Below the pieces are notes generated by a model. The model worked only from the letters and a program-made list of their open reading frames with translations. It was not told the DNA's origin and did not search any database. A stretch of 62,086 bases of DNA, filler included, from Diploschistes diacapsis (Eukaryota), in NCBI GenBank assembly GCA_023645945.1. It is 6 parts of 6 records of this genome, joined end to end, with 100 filler letters (N's around TTAATTAATTAA, not from the genome) between each part and the next. Parts side by side here need not be neighbours in the genome. Positions count along the whole stretch, not along the records: positions 41,486 to 51,749 come from JALAIB010000946.1; positions 51,850 to 62,086 come from JALAIB010000947.1; 4 more parts are not named here. One strand, written 5' to 3'. Below are positions 50,542 through 62,086 of the stretch, piece by piece. The translations under genes were made by a program, and so were the position numbers. Every line of letters begins with the position of its first letter. Positions within the stretch are counted from its first letter, which is position 1.

Positions 50542-50865
50542 ATGTCCGGCTGGTGGCAATGCTGCCGCTGTGAGAACTGGAACAACCCCGATCTTTCGCC
50601 AGAGCGATGTGTTTGTCAACACTTCAGGTGTACAACTTGTAAGCTGGGGAAACCTCCGAAGCCATTCAGCCGCAGCAGTCGATTCAGCTACAACTATGTG
50701 CCTGAGGATCATGCGTCAGCTATGCCTTCGACAAGCTACGGGTCCAGCTGGCCTAAGAACAAATATTGGCAGTGCTGTAATGGGCACATCAACAATCCCG
50801 CTATGGCGCTTGACTTTTGCGGCGAGTGTGGACACTATCGTTGCTACGCATGTCATATACTCTAG
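50542..50865 (+). CDS. Small tandem Cys/His zinc-ribbon protein (two WQCC...NNP...C..C.H.RC..C repeats)
   Basis: Repeat 1 WWQCCRCENWNNPDLSPERCVCQHFRCTTC; repeat 2 YWQCCNGHINNPAMALDFCGECGHYRCYAC. Confidence 0.8.
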   Translation: MSGWWQCCRCENWNNPDLSPERCVCQHFRCTTCKLGKPPKPFSRSSRFSYNYVPEDHASAMPSTSYGSSWPKNKYWQCCNGHINNPAMALDFCGECGHYRCYACHIL

Positions 50866-51749
50866 ACTGATGCCGACAGTGAACTCAGTGAGTAGAGCGA
50901 CCCTGAACCGCTGTTGTTTTTACTAAGCGCTCTCCAGTACTGTCGGAGACCGTTCGAGACCTTCCACAATTCTTTTGATCTTATTTGGGCCGAGATGATC
51001 CGACACACCTTCTTTAAGATTTTATTTCCCAATTTGGTTGCTCCCGCGCAGCGTTATTGCGTCTTATAGCCTTTCCTGATTCGATCAACGCTCGCTCTAT
51101 TGACCGCTTGTATCTGCACGCCAGGCACACTCGTTTGATTCCACCGGTTTTCTATGTTGCGGGAAATGCTTTGCTAATGTCTATGTCTGGCGTTTGATGT
51201 TTGTGCTCTTAGTGATTCGTGCTCGGAGAATGGCAGCCCAGGTAAACTGGATATTAGACAGAGGACAGAATAATGCATAGACAGTTAATCATTAGTTATG
51301 CGGGCATATAGAATATAGAGTTACGACCTTCATCCCACATCCGCCCTGCTTTTCTACTGTGATTCGTTGCTTGAGTCATTTGGTTACTAAGACAGCCAGC
51401 CTCCTTGTGGAAAGGATGAAGAAGCTGGAGCGCACTGGACGTTGTTGAGTTTTTGTGAAGTATGGAAAGAGTATACGGCAAAGTGCTTCTCTTGTGGGTT
51501 CGGTCCGATGTTCCCGTCTATGAATCTCTACGCCCTGTGCCAATGGAAAAGGGAAAGTACCAGAACAGCCAACCGGATTCATTTTCATCATCCAACACAT
51601 GGCACCACAAATCACACACCCCTAGAGCTTCGCCTCCTTCCCCTCCGTCCCCTCTCCACCCTGCCCAACCTCCTCAATCCTAAACCCAATGCGGGGAAAA
51701 TGCAACCGAATCGCCCTCCCGTCCACCACCTTCTCAATCACCCCCTCGT

Positions 51750-51849
51750 NNNNNNNNNNNNNNNNNNNNNNNNNNNNNNNNNNNNNNNNNNNNTTAATTA
51801 ATTAANNNNNNNNNNNNNNNNNNNNNNNNNNNNNNNNNNNNNNNNNNNN
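51750..51849. other. Artificial assembly linker / gap
   Basis: N44-TTAATTAATTAA-N44. Confidence 0.98.
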
Positions 51850-53617
51850 CCCTCCCCCAGCCCATTAACGTAACCACCACCGACATGGAATCCCTCTGCA
51901 TCATCGTCGTCGTCCTCCTCCTCGCTCATCAACCCCTCCAGCTCGAACTCCTCCACCTCCCTCGCCCTCTCCAGATCCACCTCCCTCTCCCTCTCCGCCC
52001 TCTTCCTCTTCGCATCGACCGGCGTGTCGGGCAACTTGATGCCGCCCTTGCCCCTCGCTTTACCCACGCCGCCTCCCATGCCGGCGTTGTAGTGCGAGCC
52101 CCCCTCGTGGTCCAGCGGCCAGGTGGCCTGCGCGTAGAGGTGCAGCAGGACGCAGACGAACAGGAACAGCAGGAAGGCGGCGGAGAAGATGAGCAGGACG
52201 TAGGAGACGTGCGTGACGCGCAGGCCGGCCAGGATCGCGATCTGCTCTTCTGTCGCGCCCATGAAGAGGAAGCCGGAGGATATGAGGAGCTGCGCCGGGG
52301 GAAACGGGGATCAGCTTGCTTTTTTCGGTCGCGATGGAGTTGAACTAAGCAGTTCTTTCTGAGGAAGATAGGAAGGAAGGAAGGAATGGAAGAAGTGAAA
52401 GGGTAAGGGGAGGCCGAGCGACTACTCACAAAGGGCGTCAGGTACTGGAAACTGTTGACCTCCTCCACCCACCGTCCGCTCACGGCCCTCTTGTCCCTCA
52501 GCAGGAAACTAATCTCCACGATCCTCGCCACGCCCGCCGCCATGAGCGCGTACCCGAAGAAGCTGTGCACCATCGTGCTCAGCTCCTCGTGCTGCGGGTG
52601 CGCGCCCATGGCCCAGCCCGTGATGAAAATCACCATGCCCGGGACGAGATTCCGCTTGGGCCGGCCGTTGCGCTTGCGCGACAGCCAGATGCCCAGCAGG
52701 CCCGCGCACCACCACACGATGCCCATGCTCGTGTGCTGCAGGTCGTTGCCGCGCCAGGCCTGGCCCCAGCGGTGCTCGGTGAAGGTGTTGACGCAGCCCC
52801 AGGCCGCGATCACGAGGCTGTCGAAGAACTCCTGGCTGCGTCCGGTGCGCCGCAGCCAGAGCTGGCCGACGAGCAGCAGGATGGTGAGCACGATGCCGTA
52901 CCCGATGAAGGCGGAGCCCATGATGTAGTGCGCGAGACATTGTCCCAGATGGTCCCCGCGGCAGTAGCCCATGGCGGTTATCCCGCCGAAGAGCATCTGC
53001 ACCCAGCTCACCACCGGCATGAGCTTTCCTATCACGCCGTGCGTCTTGACGATGTAGGGTCTGATTGCGGCGTTGAAGCCCTTGGACAGGTGCAGCTTCA
53101 GGTAGATACCGATGAGGATCTGCAGGGCGAGCATGAAGCCGAGGGAGTTGGCGAAGGTGGCGTGGATGTTGGGCGCGAATTGGCGGCCGCCGTGCTTGTG
53201 GCCGAGGAAGTAGGCAAGAAGGGCGAGGAGCGTGCCGGTGGTTTGGACGGGGACGTGCCATCTTGAGCGGATGATCTGTGCATGGCGTTCGCGTTAGAAC
53301 GGAGCCAATTTATCTTGTTTCTGGGGCACGTATTGATAGATGCGAAAGGAAGACTGCGAACTCACGCCGAGAACCATGCCGGTGGGAAAGATGATGCCCC
53401 AGGCGAAGATCTGGACTAGGATGTGCGCCCACAATATCGAATCCTAGAGTAGAGAGTCAGCTTCGAGCTCGCGCGCTGCGGCAGTTGAATAGTAAAGACG
53501 CACAATCGGATCGGGCGAGACGGCCTCGCCTTCTGGTATGCTGTCCGTATGGTGTTCATGAGCAAGCGACCCCCTAGCGAGCGCCACGAGGATCGCTGTC
53601 GCGATAGCACCTTTCAT
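51850..53617 (-). CDS. YTP1: YTP1-like polytopic membrane protein, multi-exon (3' end cut by contig end)
   Basis: Signal peptide followed by HEHHTDSIPEGEAVSPDPI|DSILWAHI; CRGDHLGQCLAHYIMGSAFIGYG; NTFTEHRWG; DLQHTSMGIVWW; MGATEEQ. Confidence 0.88.
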
Positions 53618-54168
53618 CCCGCTACTTCAAAACGCCCGTCCTTCAATGCGAATTATAAAGAGAGACGAGAAAGAACAAGGACAGAAAAGACGTTGGGAGT
53701 GGCGGATGGTTCGAGGGTTTACCTGGGACTCGTACGAACTATGGATAGGCGATGCATGCCAAGCATTTTGGTATTTTTATAGTCCTGAAATCGAGCACTT
53801 CGTGCGGTATATACAAGACAAAGGAGCTAGAAAGGGCGTATCAAGGTAGCCAGGCGAAGCGCCTTCACCTCAATCCACAGACTGACAGATCACATTTCTC
53901 AAGAGCAATTCAGTATCGATAGTCTGGTATTGGGTGATCTGGGACGCGGATACTTTCTGCTCATGCCGTAACTAAGAAGAGCATATGGTATTCAGCAGTA
54001 TAAAGTTTCACTATTGTAAGGTGATTGTAATTCAATTTCGTTTGGTGCAAAGCTGAATATGTACACTAATCTGCACCTGCTTATTTCCTTGAGCCAGATA
54101 CCACAAGGCCTCCGAAACTCCAAAGCGCCAGTGCACGGAAGCCGCAGGAAAATGGAGTCTCAGCTACG

Positions 54169-55759
54169 TCACGACTTGATAATATTCTCCATTGCGTTTA
54201 AAAAAATGTCGGCTATGAGGCAGTCAGTGATTTGTTTGTCAAACTTTTAAAGAGTCTCCCAACCTACCGTGATGCTTCTGGAATATGAGCATTGGCCTCA
54301 GCCTCACAGCCTTCTCTCCGCTTCCTCCAACGTTGATTCCCTCCGCCTTACCCTTCTTCAAGACCTCATCCCTCCTTGGGCTATCCCAGGCGATGAACGT
54401 ACCCTGGCCCTTGCCCCGGAGGTTCTGGATTTCGTGGGGATACTGTTGCGCCAGGCGTTCTAGACCCGAGTACAGATAATCGCCCGTAGTGGCAGTGTTG
54501 TGGACCAGGCCAAGTCTCTCGATCTCTTCCACAATAGCCCGGAAGAGGATCGCCTTCGTCGGGTCTCCCATCCATGTGTTAAACTGACGGTAAGGCTTGT
54601 TTGGTCGAAGGTCTTCGCGGCCATAGTAGTACCCAGCAGTCTGCGCCTTCTTGGAGAAAGTCACCATGTCCGGCGGTTCTGGCATATTCCAGTGCTCGTG
54701 GGCCCAGAACTTGCCCGTTGCGCCGACGCCGGTCTGAACCTCATCCACGATCATGAGAACATCGTTGCGCTTAGTAAGCTCGCGTAAGCCGATGAAGAAG
54801 CCCGGCGAGGCGTGGTTGTCGCCGCCCTCGGATTGGATGGGCTCAATGATGATAGCGGCGACTGGGTTGTGGAACTCCTTGATGATGCGTTCGGTCTCTT
54901 CAAGGCAGCGCTTCTCCTCGGCAGCGTTTTCGGATACATGCTCCGAAAGTGGGTATTTAAGACTTGGGAAGGGTGCCTGAGGCCAGTCGAACGCTGGGAT
55001 GTCGAGCTTGTGGATGGGCTTAGAGCGAGTAGTGGACAATGAGCCGAAAAGACGACCGTGGAAGCCACGGCGAAACGAGAGGATTGAGTACGGCGGCGAG
55101 CCTGGTTGCTGATTGTTCATAGCTGAATTCATCTCCTCTTCGGTGAACGCCACTTCAGGACCTCCACGCTCTTGCCGCCTCTTCCACATGAAGGCCGCTT
55201 TGTAGGCTATTTCATTGGCATCCGAGCCGGCCATTGCCGTAAAGACCTGGCCGAGCCCCTTCGGAGCAACCTTGAGAATGCCAGTCTTGAGGATATGCGC
55301 CCAGTCATGCTGTGGAAAATTGCCCAGTGCCGGTCGATTTACAAGCGAGCTCACCATCTCGGGACTGACAGCTGCCGACAGCAAGGTGGGGTTGCTGTAA
55401 CCGACGGGAATGGAAGCAATTTGAGCGTAAACGTCGAGCAGGTAGTTCCCGTCTGGGTCTGCTATATAGTTGCCAATGCTTTTGTGGTAGTCCGCCATCA
55501 TGTTTAAGCTCCGTGTATCGAAGAATCTATCCAACTCTTTGATGCCTTCTTTGGCCCTGGGACCGGGAATCGAGGTTCTGAGCGTTGGACCCTGAGGCTC
55601 GTTTGGGAAGTACGACATTTCTCCTGCTGGGGCTTCTTGCTGAACAGCCGCTGCTGCGGCTGTTGCGCCTGGCTTGGGCGTGGTTGTGATGCCTCTCCTG
55701 CCTGCCAGTCGGGCCAATGGCCGCATAGTAGCAGCTGGCCTCCGGAAAAAGGCCGACAT
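54169..55759 (-). CDS. gatA: 4-aminobutyrate aminotransferase (GABA transaminase, class III PLP enzyme) with mitochondrial-like presequence
   Basis: LLDVYAQIASIPVGYSNP; FHGRLFGSLSTTRSK; IIEPIQSEGGD; IVDEVQTGVGATG; FSKKAQ PLP lysine. A short final exon after an intron ends at TGA 54169-54171. Confidence 0.96.
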
Positions 55760-56765
55760 TGTGGGTAAGGCTCTTCTTTAGTCTCGAAACGGGGACTTCT
55801 GGTAAACTGACGAATAGATTTAAAGAAAGTTCCGCTACAATAAAGCTCTAGGAGACCTTGGCAGTTTGCAATAAACCTGAATGGATGTCTAGGGAAAGTG
55901 AAGAAGGATAGGTAGGCAGATTTGGACGCAAGCAAGCCGTGGGGTGGTTCTCTATGACTCCTGCCAACTGAGGGGGCCCGCAACAACACAACGGTTTTTT
56001 TCCCTGGGCTGGGAGTCACCCTGCGTCATACCCACGTTGTACACATGCAGATAGTAATAGTGCCGAATAAATACCCACTTAGTTATGCCATGGTGCGAGC
56101 TTGCTTAAGATGGAAGTTGCATGCGAAGGCATCATTGTTATTATGACTTTCTTTTTTACATTTCGACTCGTATCATCATCATCATCGAAGATGTAGGTCG
56201 TCTTGTTTTCCCTTTAGAAAGTCGCACAAGAGCTCCAATGGCCTATAGCGATCACGACTGCGAACTGCGTTGAAAAATAAACGGTTGACGTTAGCATAGC
56301 GTGGCATGGCAGCGAGTCAATGAGAAGTGGAATCAGTAGCAACAATTTCATTCGAATGCAGGTGCAACAACATGGCTATCTACAAGTACTCCGCGGAGGC
56401 ACTGCTCCCCTCGGGCTGGCGGTAGCATGTCGTAGAGTTCTCATCCCGCCATTGACTAAGCCCAGTTCCAGCGTATGCCCCTGTCCCTAAGAGGGAGCTG
56501 GCGTAGAGCTCTTGTCACGCCCCAATCCAAGTTCATTCCCAGCACATACGCCTCCCCCCAGCCGTCGCGTAGTACCCCATTGCCCTGTGCTGAGGCTCCT
56601 CTTCTGCCTTAAGATCAAATCCAGTTGCAGTAAATATTCCTCCTCTGACCGGTACGTAGCATGCTTGCTCAGCTGACGGATTTTTTGGAGAGCCCTTATT
56701 ACGCCATAGGCCAGATCCAGTCGCAACGGGCGTGAAACATCAAAACCATTCCCCAAGACCCTCGT

Positions 56766-57248
56766 GATAGTGATACAAAGTAACTGAAACTTGCAACGCC
56801 ACCTAACTTACGAGCCCGTATCCGCATGTATGCCTTTTTAATCCACTCCTTTTACTGTTAAAGGTTCAACGTCGTGGCCAATTGCGGTGGTTCCGCCATC
56901 GCGCGCATTTAGCATGGTCAATCTCCTGAAGAAAACTGTTCTCGCCTGAGCCGGGAGCGTTGTCCGAGGGTGAACCATTGTGATTGCCTCCACTTGTTGT
57001 AAAAGGGTAGTGATATCGAAGCAGCTGAAGCTTGCGACGCCACCTAACTCCCCTGCGCCTCCATGTAGCAGGGCCCATCCGCATGCATACCCTCCATTCC
57101 ACTCTTTTTGTCTGTCGAATGTTCGACATCATGACCAGATGCGGTGGCTTCGCCATCGCGCGCATCAGGCATGGTCAATCCATCGGCCAATCTGTTCTCG
57201 ACTGAGCCCAGAACGTTGTCCGAGGGTGAAAGTTTGTGATTGCCTCCA
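56766..57248. repeat. Diverged ~235-bp tandem duplication of the SET2 3' end
   Basis: 56766-56992 aligns with 57005-57248 (shared CGCCACCTAACT, CGCCATCGCGCGCAT, CATGGTCAATC, CGTTGTCCGAGGGTGAA, TGTGATTGCCTCCA). Confidence 0.85.
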
Positions 57249-60200
57249 TCCATTGCAGAAGGAGGAGTGGGGGGTGGTGGAGGAGCGTGGTTCGGTGGCT
57301 CAACGGAGCGAGAGCGTTTGGTGGGCGAGGCGTTGCCATTGGTGGTTTCATCCTCGTCGCCATCTCTCTTACGCTTCGCAGGACTACTTTCTTCCGGCGA
57401 ATGTTGATCGTGGACCCCGTTTGCCAAAGTGGGAACAGAAGTCGGGATATGAGCAGACGGGGAATTTGATCGAAGGCGTTTACTGGGGGACGCGTCCGGC
57501 GCGATTGAATCCTCTTCCCCAGCATCTCTCTTGCGCTTCACATTGCTAGGGCTGTGTCCCTCCGCTGAAGTTGACGACATCGAATCCCTCCTCCCTTCCG
57601 CTGGAGGTGGTGGAGGAGGAGGCGGAGGAGGCGTAGCAGATTCTCGCGGTTCGGTCGAACGAGCCCGTTTTGTCGGCGTTTCGCCCTCTTCAGTACCGTC
57701 AGATTTACGCTTGCGCTTCAAGTTGTCTCCGTTTTCAAGGGAAGTATCGGGAGTCAAAGCGTTGTCCTCTTGCTTCAAATCACCATCGCTTAGATCATTG
57801 TTGGGCTCGATGTCGCTTTCATCCTTTGAAGCAGCCGCCTCTGGCTTCATCACCTCGATCTCTTTCTCAGCCTTGACATCTTTCTGGGCCTCCTTGTCGG
57901 CCTTCTTCTTGTCGTGGTCTCGTTTCTTCTCAACGGCCTTCTCAAAGAAGGCTTGAGCGAATTTCTTGACCTGCCGCTCTTGTTTCTCATCAAGCTTTGT
58001 TGGATCATGGACACGGTTATTCTTGTAGTCCGACTCCACGAGCTTTTTGGTGATCTGCGTGAAGAATTTCTTCAGGTCGTCCTTCTCCAGCTTGCCTTTG
58101 AACTTATCCACAACTCGCTTGACCACGGGAAAAAGCTGTCACGGTCAGAACAAGTAGGATAGAAAGTGCCGGATAGATCGGGACTTACGGTGTTTTCATA
58201 CACTTTCCTTTGCTTCTCCAACGGCAGTTTGCGCCAATCTTTCCCTTTACCCTCGCCTCTGTTCGCGCGAGTGTCCTCCGGCGTGGCCTTCGAGCTCGTA
58301 GCTGCTGCTGCCGCGGCTTGCTGTGCCTTCTTCTCCTCCTCGGCCGTGATCGAACTGATGATGTCATTCAGACGTTTGGCAGGATCTTCAGGTTTAGGGG
58401 GTGGTGGAGGTTGAGCAGCGGGCTGCGTAGGCCTATCCCATGTTGTAGCGCCGGAATGATTGTAGAAATACGTCCTACCATCGTTGGTGTACGCGGTATA
58501 CCAGCCCGGAGGAAGTTGATTGAACCTTGGCCGCGGTCGAGGCGGGGGCCTTCCCGCGGCAAAATTTCGCTGTGGAACATTGCTTCTGGGTCCCGTTGGT
58601 GCTGAAGGTCCTCGTGGTGGGGACTTGGACTTTTCCCTCGCCGGAGAGCGAGATCTTGAGCGTCTGCCTCTGTCCTCTCTCCTGTCGTACTGGTTCTTTT
58701 CTGGAGCAGCATCAGGATTCCTACGAGGGATGCGATATCCAGTCTCGAGAGCACTCCACTCTTGGAGAAGTTCCTTTGCTCGAGGCTCGACCTTTGGGTC
58801 CCCGCATTTCTCGAAAGCCTGAACCGTAGCTTCGATCTTTGTCTTCTCGATTTTGTTTCTCGTGAGACGTGGGAAGCGGTAGAGGATGTCCAAGATCTGC
58901 TTGACAAGATTGAAGTCGTCTGCGAAATTCGTGAGAACTGCTTTGAGAGTGGCATACCCATGCATCTTGACGACGAAAGCAATGACCCGCTCGTCTTTGG
59001 CTCGTTCGATACGATTGAGCAGCTTGACCACAATCCATTTCTCCTTCGCCTGCTTGAGGGTCGCCATGACCTTGGCGACCCCTTCTTCGGCCAGCGGCTT
59101 GGGTTCGACATTGTTGACATATTCTTCGTCGTCCTCACCAGTCTTCTTCTTGCGTGGTTTCTTTCCAATCGCCGTGTCCCAGTCTTCTCCTTCGTCGAGT
59201 CCGAGCGCCTCAATCGTCGTGGATGACAGTTGGCTGGTTCCACCGGTTTGGGTTTTGCCGCCAATGAAGCCAACGCAGTTTGGCTCACCGCAATAACAAA
59301 CTTGAGCTTCTGCACCGTAGCGATCAACATTGTAGTTGAAGGTAAGCTCTTCGCCCGTTTTAATGGTTCGCTTGGCAAATATGCCCATTCGAACCTTGTC
59401 GCCAACATTCCATTTATCGACGTAGCAGTTGGGGTTGCAAGAGTGGTTGCAGAAACGGCCGAGGTTGCCCTTCTTGGTCGCGTCCAGATACTCGCCTTTG
59501 TTGAGCATCATGAAGTAGAAGTGCTTGATCCCTGCCTCATCGTACTGCAACATTCGTTTGCGGAATGAGTTCTCGGGCAAGACTTCACCAAGATACTCAA
59601 AGATGAAGCTATCGGGATCAAGGTCAGCATCGGCACGAAGCCCATAGCCTTTCTTGTCCGTCTGAATGACACAGACATCGGCATATTGGCGTTGTTGAAA
59701 GCGCTGGTTGCGGCATCCGGGGCCACATTTGCAGGTATCGGTACACTCTACTCGCATCATACGGTTGATGCAGTCTTCTTCACAAGCATTGTTGGTGCTG
59801 GTGATGGGGTCTAAAGTAGTTCTATTAGTTGGTCTGTCCACCGGTGCTTGAGAGTCGAGCGGTCTCTATGTGGGCAACTTACCCCAGTCTTCGTCACATT
59901 CGCACTCGAAGCCATCATCATCAATCCGACCAATGTACTTGTTCGCGTAGATGTTGCCAGATATGACCTCAAAGACTTGCGTGGCTTCGGAGGTCTTGTT
60001 AGGCAGGTGGTTGAACAGAGTAGCGGGTTGAGCGATGATCTTCTTGGATGAGCTGCGGGCTAGTTTCGGCGGTTTACCTTCCTCAGTCTTGACAGTTATC
60101 TCGCCTCCTACTACCTCCTCATGAAGCTCTGTGGGCTCCATCTTTGGGGGCTTGGGGGTTTGCAATTTTGGTGGAGTTTGTGATGGCCTGGGACCACGAG

Positions 60201-60426
60201 CCTTTGAGGCCCGCTTCTGCGGCATGCGCTTGCCAGGCATTTCTTCGTTGTCTGATAGAGGTGAACTGGGCTTAGCCGGGGCAGCAAGGTCTTTCGAATC
60301 AGCAAGAGTAATCGTATGTTGCTCCTCGTCGGAGCTTTCACTTTTAATCTTGAGATCTTCGATCGCGGCTTTTGCGTTGTCAACTTCCTCAGGTGAGGGA
60401 GAGCGCAGAGATGGTTGTGTAGACAT
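57044..60426 (-). CDS. SET2: Histone H3K36 methyltransferase Set2
   Basis: AWS (CEEDCINR...CRNQRFQ), SET (GNLGRFCNHSCNPN; GEELTFNY), post-SET (CYCGEPNCVG), WW (LPPGWYTAY...TTWDRP) and SRI-like helical region. Introns 59811-59882 and 58136-58188. Confidence 0.97.
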
Positions 60427-62086
60427 CTTGGCGGCTTTTGCGTGGCCTCGATGAGCTAACTTTCGCAGCGTGCGTGTATGTTGTGTTCAAGTCAAAGTTT
60501 TTTATACCCCACACAATACTATCAATCCTGGAAGCCAACGGTCCACAGCTTGTCGCCGCCACACCACTCTTTCTCGAACAACACCACCACCTCCTCCAGT
60601 CTTCTCCCTGCCGCTCCTGAGGTTCCAGCTACCACAACCTGCGAGTATACGGGCATGTGTACTTTGAGACCCTTTTCAGCACAGCGCGTCAACCTTCCGA
60701 TGCGGTACAAGGGGGGGGGGGGGGGATGTTGCAGGGCTCTTAGAATTGCAGGAAAGGAGATTATCGCGAGAGTGAAGGCTATGAGCTTTGCTTAGCGATG
60801 GCTGCTCAGCGCGGATCGGGAATGTAGCAACGCTAGGAAGGGCAATGGAGGATTGGAACGGGGAGAGCAAAGGGGCAGAACAGTCGAGAATTCCGGTGGT
60901 GGCGCACACATGAGATTGACTGGAGATATCAAACTTGACAGTGGGCAGCTCTAATGTCGAATAGGCACAAAGGCTACCACCACATCACTTCACGATGCGC
61001 AAAGTCAGAGAAGCACAGCAGCGGGAGCAGCAAGTTGGTTTCGGAAGAGCTGGAAGAATGACTTTTGTAGAGGCCAAAAGTTGCTAGGGTCCGGCCGGCT
61101 TTAGTGGCATAGAGCCGCCAATGGCCAAGCCGCCGCGACTGGAAATGAAAAACAATTTTCCCAAATATGCCAGCGCCGTGCTTCAAAATCATCTCCCACC
61201 GATGCGCATCTCCATCTTCGAGACTTCGTCAACATCATCTTGAATTTAAGCTCAGATTCAATTTCAAAGCTCTCCGTGCAGCGGACTCAGTGGGCAATTT
61301 AAGTAACCTACCGACTGGCTGTTCGGTTTATAGCGGTCCACCCCTCTTTTCTATCTTGACCGCTCAACCACCACATGCACTGCATAGAGTTAGAAAGATT
61401 CACAGGAACTGCATCCAGAGGACTTCACTCTTGCCTCAAAAACACCCCTTCCGATGGTACGTACTCAGGCCATCACGTAGCTCTGCCCAACCCCATTGTA
61501 GAAGAGCGCGAGAATGGTGGGCTGGTAAGGTCTCAATGCATTCAAGATAAGAGTGCGGTAGCCACGTCGCCATGCGCTAGAGCTAGAAACACAGAGTGTA
61601 CTCGACAGTAGGCAGTCTAAAAAAATAACCAAATGGTCATAGATCATAAAGGGAGCAAGTCCTCGATGTTCCCTTTCCCAGCTCGAGAATCATCACTCCT
61701 TAAAAGAGCTTTTTAACTTGCCAGAGCATCGCACACCCATTGCAAGTATCCCACTCAATATGGATTTGGCGGCTGCGGTCTGCCAGAACAACAGGAAGTA
61801 AGCTTGTTGACAATCAAGATTTCTCGAACCTGAAGATCCAATGGCTCGGCATGAAGAGGGTTTCGGGCCATCGCTTGTCCAACGTATGGAGGACGAGGAG
61901 ATGATTGTGAAGTCGTGAGTGGTCAAATGGAGAGGATGCAGACTGGCGAATGAAGGGCCAGGTTGTCCAGTCCGGGGAGTTGCTGTTGTTCAATCCCCGA
62001 CCGCAGCTGCTGGTCTGCGGGGGGTGGACTCGGGGCTCACTCACTGCACTAAAGAGAAACGGGGAAAATGCCCCCCTCCCTTCCCC

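Noticed and set aside
51885..53283. Multiple long overlapping/antisense ORFs over the YTP1-like gene (similarly over SET2, the RING-LON gene and array member 4)
   Set aside because: Shadow ORFs expected from high GC3 codon bias; no independent motifs.
1..62086. tRNA, rRNA or CRISPR features
   Set aside because: None recognised by eye; tRNAscan-SE and Infernal would be needed to exclude small RNAs.

Overview
Eukaryotic fungal (filamentous ascomycete, Pezizomycotina-like) nuclear DNA with spliceosomal introns. The window is not one locus. It is six contigs of about 10.2-10.3 kb, in descending size order, joined by 100-bp N44-TTAATTAATTAA-N44 linkers, so adjacency across gaps means nothing. Contigs 2-6 carry mostly recognisable genes: a heme-thiolate peroxidase pseudogene, an ankyrin+DIL protein, a RIP-like AT-rich transposon relic, a RING-LON (CrgA-like) protein, the ATG3 5' end, a WSC sensor, a cyclin L-like gene, Rab-GAP GYP2/MDR1, a YTP1-like gene, GABA transaminase and SET2. 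The most notable region is contig 1 (about 0.6-8.75 kb). It is a co-oriented tandem array of at least six highly diverged members (intact, spliced and pseudogenised) of a family I do not recognise. They share a putative zinc-binding signature: C/H-x2-C-x-[FW]-[IL]-D, ~42-52 aa, C-x2-C, ~30-37 aa, G-x-[AIV]-R-x-M-[TN]-x2-E. A dense cluster of palindromes at 79-326 lies upstream of the array. Intron boundaries were placed by eye and no database searches were possible.
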